A DNA stretch of 64,000 bases from Utricularia gibba (Eukaryota; Plantae; Magnoliophyta): NCBI GenBank assembly GCA_002189035.1, contig NEEC01000041.1:1-64000 (forward strand). The letters are read 5' to 3'. Every line of letters begins with the position of its first letter. Positions within the stretch are counted from its first letter, which is position 1. Shown here piece by piece: positions 13,557 to 24,799 of the stretch. The notes under the pieces are model-generated. The model was not told the origin of the DNA. It worked only from the letters and a program-made list of their open reading frames with translations, and ran no database searches. Made by a program: the position numbers and the translations under genes.

Positions 13557-15100
13557 GAGATGATCATTTAAGATGCCATGGGTGTGTCCCTAGCCACAAC
13601 CTCATGGTGGCCTCGTGCACTCTTCGGTATCGAGTGGATATCTTGCAAATGGTGATGAGTCATGTTGCACATAGCATACCGTTTCGAAGCTCGTTCCGAG
13701 CCGGTCTTCTTTCGTGTTGAGAACTTGTTCGTCCGAGGAGGCACAAATGCTCGAAAGATTGCCTTATATTAGCCTTCAGATGTGCAACGAAGTGGCCACC
13801 ACGTTCGCGACGATGCGACTCGGGACACCCGACTCGATGCGAATGTGATTTTCGGCATGCAAGACATATGTATTTCATGGGACGATGTGAAATTTGGATT
13901 TCGAGATGATCATTTAAGATGCCATGGGTGTGTCCCTAGCCACAACCTCATGGTGGCCTCGTGCACTCTTCGGTATCGAGTGGATATCTTGCAAATGGTG
14001 ATGAGTCATGTTGCACATAGCATACCGTTTCGAAGCTCGTTCCGAGCCGGTCTTCTTTCGTGTTGAGAACTTGTTCGTCCGAGGAGGCACAAATGCTCGA
14101 AAGATTGCCTTATATTAGCCTTCAGATGTGCAACGAAGTGGCCACCACGTTCGCGACGATGCGACTCGGGACACCCGACTCGATGCGAATGTGATTTTCG
14201 GCATGCAAGACATATGTATTTCATGGGACGATGTGAAATTTGGATTTCGAGATGATCATTTAAGATGCCATGGGTGTGTCCCTAGCCACAACCTCATGGT
14301 GGCCTCGTGCACTCTTCGGTATCGAGTGGATATCTTGCAAATGGTGATGAGTCATGTTGCACATAGCATACCGTTTCGAAGCTCGTTCCGAGCCGGTCTT
14401 CTTTCGTGTTGAGAACTTGTTCGTCCGAGGAGGCACAAATGCTCGAAAGATTGCCTTATATTAGCCTTCAGATGTGCAACGAAGTGGCCACACGTTCGCG
14501 ACGATGCGACTCGGGACACCCGACTCGATGCGAATGTGATTTTCGGCATGCAAGACATATGTATTTCATGGGACGATGTGAAATTTGGATTTCGAGATGA
14601 TCATTTAAGATGCCATGGGTGTGTCCCTAGCCACAACCTCATGGTGGCCTCGTGCACTCTTCGGTATCGAGTGGATATCTTGCAAACGGTGATGAGTCAT
14701 GTTGCACATAGCATACCGTTTCGAAGCTCGTTCCGAGCCGGTCTTCTTTCGTGTTGAGAACTTGTTCGTCCGAGGAGGCACAAATGCTCGAAAGATTGCC
14801 TTATATTAGCCTTCAGATGTGCAACGAAGTGGCCACCACGTTCGCGACGATGCGACTCGGGACACCCGACTCGATGCGAATGTGATTTTCGGCATGCAAG
14901 ACATATGTATTTCATGGGACGATGTGAAATTTGGATTTCGAGATGATCATTTAAGATGCCATGGGTGTGTCCCTAGCCACAACCTCATGGTGGCCTCGTG
15001 CACTCTTCGGTATCGAGTGGATATCTTGCAAACGGTGATGAGTCATGTTGCACATAGCATACCGTTTCGAAGCTCGTTCCGAGCCGGTCTTCTTTCGTGT
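13557..15100 (+). repeat. Block of near-identical monomers
   Basis: Four to five consecutive copies differ only at the CAAATGG/CAAACGG site and by one small deletion. Confidence 0.8.
13561..13906 (+). repeat. Representative consensus-like monomer (346 bp)
   Basis: It appears identical by eye to the next copy (13907-14252) and differs by only 0-2 bases from most clean copies across the window. Manual count: G 91, C 78 (48.8% GC), 25 CpG. Confidence 0.95.
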
Positions 15101-16019
15101 TGAGAACTTGTTCGTCCGAGGAGGCACAAATGCTCGAAAGATTGCCTTATATTAGCCAGATGTGCAACGAAGTGGCCACCACGTTCGCGACGATGCGACT
15201 CGGGACACCGACTCGATGCGAATGTGATTTTCGGCATGCAAGACATGTATTTCATGGGACGATGTGAAATTTGGATTTCGAGATGATCATTTAAGATGCC
15301 ATGGGTGTGTCCCTAGCCACAACCTCATGGTGGCCTCGTGCACTCTTCGGTATCGAGTGGATATCTTGCAAATGGTGATGAGTCATGTTGCACATAGTTT
15401 CGAAGCTCGTTCCGAGCCGGTCTTCTTTCGTGTTGAGAACTTGTTCGTCGTGCTCGAAAGATTGCCTTATATTAGCCTTCAGATGTGCAACGAAGTGGCC
15501 ACCACGTTCGCGACGATGCGACTCGGGACACCGACTCGATGCGAATGTGATTTTTGCATGCAAGACATATGTATTTCATGTCGAGATGATCATTTAAGAT
15601 GCCATGGGTGTGTCCCTAGCCACAACCTCATGGTGGCCTCGTGCACTCTTCGGTATCGAGTGGATATCTTGCAAACGGTGATGAGTCATGTTGCACATAG
15701 CATACCGTTTCGAAGCTCGTTCCGAGCCGGTCTTCTTTCGTGTTGAGAACTTGTTCGTCCGAGGAGGCACAAATGCTCGAAAGATTGCCTTATATTAGCC
15801 TTCAGATGTGCAACGAAGTGGCCACCACGTTCGCGACGATGCGACTCGGGACACCCGACTCGATGCGAATGTGATTTTCGGCATGCAAGACATATGTATT
15901 TCATGGGACGATGTGAAATTTGGATTTCGAGATGATCATTTAAGATGCCATGGGTGTGTCCCTAGCCACAACCTCATGGTGGCCTCGTGCACTCTTCGGT
16001 ATCGAGTGGATATCTTGCA

Positions 16020-19000
16020 AACGATGAGTCATGTTGCACATAGCGTTCCGATCTCTTTCGTGTTGAGAACTTGTTCGTCCGAGGAGGCACAAATGCTCGA
16101 AAGATTGCCTTATATTAGCAAGATGTGCAACGAAGTGGCCACCACGTTCGCGACGATGCGACTCGGGACACCCGACTCGATGCGAATGTGATTTTCGGCA
16201 TGCAAGACATATGTATTTCATGGGACGATGTGAAATTTTGGATTTCGAGATGATCATTTAAGATGCCATGGGTGTGTCCCTAGCCACAACCTCATGGTGG
16301 CACTCTTCGGTATCGAGTGGATATCTTGCAAATGGTGATGAGTCATGTTGCACATAGCATACCGTTTCGAAGCTCGTTCCGAGCCGGTCTTCTTTCGTGT
16401 TGAGAACTTGTTCGTCCGAGGAGGCACAAATGCTCGAAAGATTGCCTTATATTAGCCTTAGTGCAACGAAGTTTCGCGACGATGACTCGTCGATGCGAAT
16501 GTGATTTTCGGCATGCAAGACATATGTATTTCATGTGTGAATATTTGGATTTCGAGATGATCATTTAAGATGCCATGGGTGTGTCCCTAGCCACAACCTC
16601 ATGGTGGCCTCGTGCACTGGTATCGAGTGGATGCAAATCATGTTGCACATAGATACCGTTTCGAAGCTCGTTCCGAGCAGAACTTGTTCGTCCGAGGAGC
16701 ACAAATGCTCGAAAGATTGCCTTATATTAGCCGATGTGCAACGAAGTGGCCACACGTTCGCGACGATGCGACTCGGGACACCCGACTCGATGCGAATGTG
16801 ATTTTCGGCATGCAAGACACATGTGCGAGATGATCATTTAAGATGCCATGGTGTGTCCCTAGCCACAACCTCATGGTGGCCTCGTGCACTCTTCGGTATC
16901 GAGTGGATATCTTGCAAATGATGAGTCATGTTGCACATCATACCGAAGCTCGTTCCGAAGAACATGCTTTGCATATTAGATGTTGTGTGTCGTTGCCATG
17001 CCCGTGTCGCCGATGACTCATCCTTGTTCCGAAATGTGTTGAGAACAGTGCTCGAAAGATTGCCTTATATTAGCGATGTGCATGTTCGCGACTCTTGCGA
17101 CATGAAGGGTGTCCCGATGATCAGACTTGTGATCCGGCATGCAATGCTCGATTGCCTTATATTAGGATGTGCAACGAAGTGTTCGCGACGATTTCGATGC
17201 GAATTGATCGATGCATGGTCGAGATGATGATGCATGGGTGTGTCCCTAGCCACAACCTCATGGTGGCCTCGTGCACTCTTCGGTATCGAGTGGATATCTT
17301 GCAAACGGTGATGAGTCATGTTGCACATAGCATACCGTTTCGAAGCTCGTTCCGAGCCGGTCTTCTTTCGTGTTGAGAACTTGTTCGTCCGAGGAGGCAC
17401 AAATGCTCGAAAGATTGCCTTATATTAGCCTTCAGATGTGCAACGAAGTGGCCACCACGTTCGCGATGCGACTCGGGACACCGACTCGATGCGAATCATG
17501 CAAGACATATGTATTTCATGGGACGATGTGAAATTTGGATTTCGAGATGATCATTTAAGATGCCATGGGTGTGTCCCTAGCCACAACCTCATGGTGGCCT
17601 CGTGCACTCTTCGGTATCGAGTGGATATCTTGCAAATGGTGATGAGTCATGTTGCACATAGCATACCGTTTCGAAGCTCGTTCCGAGCCGGTCTTCTTTC
17701 GTGTTGAGAACTTGTTCGTCCGAGGAGGCACAAATGCTCGAAAGATTGCCTTATATTAGCCTTCAGATGTGCAACGAAGTGGCCACCACGTTCGCGACGA
17801 TGCGACTCGGGACACCTCGACTCGATGCGAATGTGATGTTTCGAGCATGATGCCATAGCCACAACCTCATGTACTCTTCATGCGCATGTGAAATTTGGAT
17901 TTCGAGATTGATCATTTAAGATGTGCCGAAGTGGGTTCGTGTCCTCGAGCCACAACCTCGATGCCTCGTGCACTCTTCGGTATCGAGTGGATATCTTGCA
18001 AATGGTGATGAGTCATGTTGCACATAGCATACCGTTTCGAAGCTCGTTCCGAGCCGGTCTTCTTTCGTGTTGAGAACTTGTTCGTCCGAGGAGGCACAAA
18101 TGCTCGAAAGATTGCCTTATATTAGCCTGTGCAACGAAGTGGCGTTCGCGACGATGCGACTCGGGACACCCGACTCGATGCCGCATGCAAGACATATGTA
18201 TTTCATGGGACGATGTCGAGATGATCATTTAAGATGCCATGGTGTGTCCCTAGCCACAACCTCATGGTGGCCTCGTGCACTCTTCGGTATCGAGTGGATA
18301 TCTTGCAAACGGTGATGAGTCATGTTGCGTTTCGAAGCTCGTTCCGAGCCGGTGCAATGCTCGAAAGATTGCCTTATATTAGCCTTCAGATGTGCAACGA
18401 AGTGGCCACCACGTTCGCGACGATCGTCGATGCCGGCATGCAAGACCATGGGACGATGTGAAATTTGGATTTCGAGATGATCATTTAAGATGCCATGAGA
18501 GAATTTAACATGTTGCACATGTATGTGTCAGAACATGCTCGAAAGATTGCCTTATATTAGCCTTCAACGAAGTGGCGTTCGCGACGATGCGACTTCGATG
18601 CGAATGTGATTTTCGGCATGCAAGACATATGTATTTCATGGGACGATGTGAAATTTGGATTTCGAGATGATCATTTAAGATGCCATGGGTGTGTCCCTAG
18701 CCACAACCTCATGGGCCTCGTGCACTCTTCGGTATCGAGTGGATATCATGATGAGTCATGTTGCACATAGCATACCGTTTCGAAGCTCGTTCCGAGCCGG
18801 TCTTCTTTCGTGTTGAGAACTTGTTCGTCCGAGGAGGCACAAATGCTCGAAAGATTGCCTTATATTAGCCTTTGTGCAACGAAGTGGCCACCACGTTCGC
18901 GACGATGCGACTCGGGACACCCGACTCGATGCGAATGTGATTTTCGTGCAAGACATATGTATTTCATGGGACGACGAGATGATCATTTAAGATGCCATCC

Positions 19001-21300
19001 CTAGGGACTCTTCGGTATCCTTGCAAATGATGAGTCATGTTGCACATAGCATACCGTTTCGAAGCTCGTGAGCCGGTCTTCTTTCGTGTTGAGAACATGC
19101 TCGAAAGATTGCCTTATATTAGCCTTCAGATGTGCAACGAAGTGGCCACAACGTTCGCGATGCGACTCGGGACGACTCGATGCGAATGTGATTTTCATGC
19201 AAGACATCGACGATGCGAGATGATCATTTAAGATGCCATGGTGTGTCCCTAGTCATGGTGGCCTCGTGCACTCTTCGCGAGTGGATATCTTGCAAACGGT
19301 GATGAGTCATGTTGCACATATCATACCGTTTCGAAGCTCGTTCCGAGCCGGTCTTCTTTCGTGTTGAGAACTTGTTCGTCCGAGGAGGCACAAATGCTCG
19401 AAAGATTGCCTTATATTAGGATGTGCAACGAAGTGGCGACGATGCGATCTCGATGCGAATGTGAAATGGTCGTGATCCCATGAGCCACAACCTCATGGTG
19501 GCCTCGTGCACTCTTCGGTATCGAGTGGATATCTTGCAAATGATTCATGCGATCATGCATAGCCTCAGATGTTCGACGATGCTCGTTCCGATGCCGGCCT
19601 GATCATTTAAGATGCCATGTGTGTGCCACAACCTCATGAATCGAGTGGATATCTTGCACATGTTGCACGCATACCGTTTCGAAGCTCGTTCCGAGCAGAA
19701 CCGTCGATGCTCGATTGCCTTATATTAGCCTTCGATGTGCAACGAAGTGGCGTTCGCGACGATGCGACTCGGGACACCCGACTCGATGCGAATGTGATTT
19801 TCGGCATGCAAGACGTATGTATATGGGACGATGTGAAATTTGGGAGATGATCATTTAAGATGCCATGGGTGTGTCCCTAGCCACAACCTCATGGTGGCCT
19901 CGTGCACTCTTCGGTATCGAGTGGATATCTTGCAAATGGTGATGAGTCATGTTGCACATAACATACCGTTTCGAATGCTCGTTCCGAGCCGGTCTTCTTT
20001 CGTGTTGAGAACTTGTTCGTCAGAGGAGGCACAAATGCTCGAAAGATTGCCTTATATTAGCCTTCAGATGTGCAACGAAGTGGCCACCACGTTCGCGACG
20101 ATGCGACTCGGGACACCGACTCGATGCGAATGTGATTTTCACCACAAGACATATGTATTTCATGGGACGATGTGAATATTTGGATTTCGAGATGATCATT
20201 TATGCATGGGTGTGTCCCTAGCGACACAACTCGATGCATCGGCATTCGTGCTTTCGAGGATCATTGGATATCTTGCAAATGGTGATGAGTCATGTTGCAC
20301 ATAGCATACCGTTTCGAAGCTCGTTCCGAGCCGGTCTTCTTTCGTGTTGAGAACTTGTTCGTCCGAGGATGGCATCGTGCTCGAAGAATGCCTTATGCCT
20401 TCAGATGTGCAACGAAGTGGCCACACGTTCGCGACCGACTCGGGACACCCGACTCGTTGCTCGAATGGCCTTAGATGTTTTCGCGACGATGCAAGACATA
20501 TGTGATTTCATGGGGTGTGAAATTTGGATTTCGAGATGATCATTTAAGATGCCATGGGTGTGTCCCTAGCCACAACCTCATGGTGGCCTCGTGCACTCTT
20601 CGGTATCGAGTGGATATCTTGCAAACCGGGTCATGTGTTGAGAACTTGTTCGTCGACATGCTCGAAAGATTGCCTTATATTAGAGTGTTCGAATGCTCGT
20701 TCCCCGGGATGCTATGTGATTGATGAACGGCACATGCTAATGATTTGGACATGTGTTTTGCCACCACGTCCGACCGATCATGGTTCGTGCACTCTTCGGT
20801 ATCGAGTGGATATCTTGCAAATGGTGATGAGTCATGTTGCACATAGCATACCGTTTCGAAGCTCGTTCCGAGCCGGTCTTCTTTCGTGTTGAGAACTTGT
20901 TCGTCCGAGGAGGCACAAATGCTCGAAAGATTGCCTTATATTAGCCTTCAGATGTGCAACGAAGTGGCCACCACGTTCGCGACGATGCGACTCGGGACAC
21001 CCGACTCGATGCGAATGTGATTTTCGGCATCAAGACATGCATTTCATGGGACGAATCGAATATCTTGCCATCGAGATGATCATTTATGATGCCATGGGTG
21101 TGTTCGCTAGCACACAACGATCATGGCCCATCAAGCTCATAATCGAGTGGATATCTTGCAAATGATGAGTGTTGCACATGAGATTTCGAGAGATTCCGAG
21201 CCCGTTCTGCGACTCGTCGATGCCACAAGAGTCCCGAGGAATCGAGTGGATATCAAATGGTGATGAGTCATGTTGCACATAGATACCGTTTCGAAGCTCG
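16020..21300. other. Region of heavily deleted/scrambled monomers alternating with intact segments
   Basis: There are many 5-30 bp deletions and shuffled fragments, most severe at about 16920-17240, 19420-19720, 20680-20790 and 21050-21250. Confidence 0.7.
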
Positions 21301-24300
21301 TTCCGAGCAGAACTTGTTCGTCCGAGGAGGCACAAATGCTCGAAAGATTGCCTTATATTAGCCTTCAGATGTGCAACGAAGTGGCCACCACGTTCGCGAC
21401 GATGCGACTCGGGACACCGACTCGATGCGAATGTGATTTTCGCATGCAAGACATATGTATTTCATGGGACGATGTGAAATTCGAGATGATCATTTAAGAT
21501 GCCATGGGTGTGTCCCTAGCCACAACCTCATGGTGGCCTCGTGCACTCTTCGGTATCGAGTGGATATCTTGCAAATGATGAGTCATGTTGCACATAGCAT
21601 ACCGTTTCGAAGCTCGTTCCGAGCCGGTCTTCTTTCGTGTTGAGAACTTGTTCGTCCGAGGAGGCACAAATGCTCGAAAGATTGCCTTATATTAGCCTTA
21701 TGTGCAACGAAGTGGCCACCACGTTCGCGACGATGCGACTCGGGACACCGACTCGATGCGAATGTGATTTTCGGCATGCAAGACATATGTATTTCATGGG
21801 ACGATGTGAAATTTGATTTCGAGATGATCATTTAAGATGCCATGGGTGTGTCCCTAGCCACAACCTCATGGTGGCCTCGTGCACTCTTCGGTATCGAGTG
21901 GATATCTTGCAAATGGTGATGAGTCATGTTGCACATAGCATACCGTTTCGAAGCTCGTTCCGAGCCGGTCTTCTTTCGTGTTGAGAACTTGTTCGTCCGA
22001 GGAGGCACAAATGCTCGAAAGATTGCCTTATATTAGCCTTCAGATGTGCAACGAAGTGGCCACCACGTTCGCGACGATGCGACTCGGGACACCCGACTCG
22101 ATGCGAATGTGATTTTCATGCAAGACATATGTATTTCATGGGACGATGTGAAATTTGGATTTCGAGATGATCATTTAAGATGCCATGGGTGTGTCCCTAG
22201 CCACAACCTCATGGTGGCCTCGTGCACTCTTCGGTATCGAGTGGATATCTTGCAAATGGTGATGAGTCATGTTGCACATAGCATACCGTTTCGAAGCTCG
22301 TTCCGAGCCGGTCTCTTTCGTGTTGAGAACTTGTTCGTCCGAGGAGGCACAAATGCTCGAAAGATTGCCTTATATTAGCCTTCAGATGTGCAACGAAGTG
22401 GCCACCACGTTCGCGACGATGCGACTCGGGACACCCGACTCGATGCGAATGTGATTTTCGCATGCAAGACCATGGGACGATGTGAGGATTTCGAGATGAT
22501 CATTTAAGATGCCATGGGTGTGTCCCTAGCCACAACCTCATGGTGGCCTCGTGCACTCTTCGGTATCGAGTGGATATCTTGCAAATGGTGATGAGTCATG
22601 TTGCACATAGCATACCGTTTCGAAGCTCGTTCCGAGCCGGTCTTCTTTCGTGTTGAGAACTTGTTCGTCCGAGGAGGCACAAATGCTCGAAAGATTGCCT
22701 TATATTAGCCTTCAGATGTGCAACGAAGTGGCCACCACGTTCGCGACGATGCGACTCGGGACACCCGCGACATCGAGTGGATATCTTGCAAATGGTGATG
22801 AGTCATGTTGCACATAGCATACCGTTTCGAAGCTCGTTCCGAGCCGGTCTCTTTCGTGTTGAGAACTTGTTCGTTGCTCGAAAGATTGCCTTATATTAGC
22901 TGTGGAAGTGTTCGTGCGACTTCGATGCCATTATCATCGATGTGAATCGCGATGCCATGGGTGTGTCCCTAGCCACAACCTCATGGTGGCCTCGTGCACT
23001 CTTCGGTATCGAGTGGATATCTTGCAAATGGTGATGAGTCATGTTGCACATAGCATACCGTTTCGAAGCTCGTTCCGAGCCGGTCTTCTTTCGTGTTGAG
23101 AACTTGTTCGTCCGAGGAGGCACAAATGCTCGAAAGATTGCCTTATATTAGCCTTCAGATGTGCAACGAAGTGGCCACCACGTTCGCGACGATGCGACTC
23201 GGGACACCCGACTCGATGCGAATGTGATTTTCGGCATGCAAGACATATGTATTTCATGGGACGATGTGAAATTTGATTTCGAGATGATCATTTAAGATGC
23301 CATGGGTGTGTCCCTAGCCACAACCTCATGGTGGCCTCGTGCACTCTTCGGTATCGAGTGGATATCTTGCAAATGGTGATGAGTCATGTTGCACATAGCA
23401 TACCGTTTCGAAGCTCGTTCCGAGCCGGTCTTCTTTCGTGTTGAGAACTTGTTCGTCCGAGGAGGCACAAATGCTCGAAAGATTGCCTTATATTAGCCTT
23501 CAGATGTGCAACGAAGTGGCCACCACGTTCGCGACGATGCGACTCGGGACACCCGACTCGATGCGAATGTGATTTTCGGCATGCAAGACATATGTATTTC
23601 ATGGGACGATGTGAATATTTGGATTTCGAGATGATCATTTAAGATGCCATGGGTGTGTCCCTAGCCACAACCTCATGGTGGCCTCGTGCACTCTTCGGTA
23701 TCGAGTGGATATCTTGCAAATGGTGATGAGTCATGTTGCACATAGCATACCGTTTCGAAGCTCGTTCCGAGCCGGTCTTCTTTCGTGTTGAGAACTTGTT
23801 CGTCCGAGGAGGCACAAATGCTCGAAAGATTGCCTTATATTAGCCTTAAGATGTGCAACGAAGTGGCCACCACGTTCGCGACGATGCGACTCGGGACACC
23901 CGACTCGATGCGAATGTGATTTTCGGCATGCAAGACATATGTATTTCATGGGACGATGTGAAATTTGGATTTCGAGATGATCATTTAAGATGCCATGGGT
24001 GTGTCCCTAGCCACAACCTCATGGTGGCCTCGTGCACTCTTCGGTATCGAGTGGATATCTTGCAAATGGTGATGAGTCATGTTGCACATAGCATACCGTT
24101 TCGAAGCTCGTTCCGAGCCGGTCTTCTTTCGTGTTGAGAACTTGTTCGTCCGAGGAGGCACAAATGCTCGAAAGATTGCCTTATATTAGCCTTAGATGTG
24201 CAACGAAGTGGCCACCACGTTCGCGACGATGCGACTCGGGACACCCGACTCGATGCGAATGTGATTTTCGGCATGCAAGACATATGTATTTCATGGGACG

Positions 24301-24799
24301 ATGTGAAATTTCGAGATTCATTTAAGATGCCATGAGACAACTCTCATGGATGGCAATCGAGTGGATATCTTGCAAACGGTGATGAGTCATGTTGCACATA
24401 GCATACCGTTTCGAAGCTCGTTCCGAGCCGGTCTTCTTTCGTGTTGAGAACTTGTTCGTCCGAGGAGGCACAAATGCTCGAAAGATTGCCTTATATTAGC
24501 CTTCAGATGTGCAACGAAGTGGCCACCACGTTCGCGACGATGCGACTCGGGACACCCGACTCGATGCGAATGTGATTTTCGGCATGCAAGACATATGTAT
24601 TTCATGGGACGATGTGAAATTTGGATTTCGAGATGATCATTTAAGATGCCATGGGTGTGTCCCTAGCCACAACCTCATGGTGGCCTCGTGCACTCTTCGG
24701 TATCGAGTGGATATCTTGCATGATGAGTCATGTTGCACATAGCATACCGTTTCGAAGCTCGTTCCGAGCCGGTCTCTTTCGTGTTGAGAACTTGTTCGT

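Noticed and set aside
13588-13593. Telomere-like CCCTAG, suggesting a subtelomeric repeat
   Set aside because: It is a single hexamer per monomer, is not tandem and does not match CCCTAAA or CCCTAA, so it is uninformative.
13651-13780. Hammerhead ribozyme, as known in some ~330-bp transcribed satellites of newts and schistosomes
   Set aside because: The plus strand has GTGATGAG rather than CTGATGAG, and no stem II pairs it to the downstream CGAAA. The minus strand has CTGAAGG rather than CTGANGA, at a polymorphic site (CAG/AAG). The catalytic core is not satisfied; an Infernal/Rfam scan would confirm this.
13561-13906. Tandem 5S rDNA, tRNA, snRNA or spliced-leader gene unit
   Set aside because: There are only incidental 8-9 nt resemblances to 5S (ATCATACC, CCTCGTG). 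There is no 120-bp 5S gene, no A/B/C boxes with an oligo-T terminator, and no cloverleaf.
13845-13920. Phased A-tracts producing intrinsic curvature
   Set aside because: The short A/T tracts in the AT-rich end of the monomer are spaced irregularly (about 23, 18, 8 and 14 bp), not at 10-11 bp.
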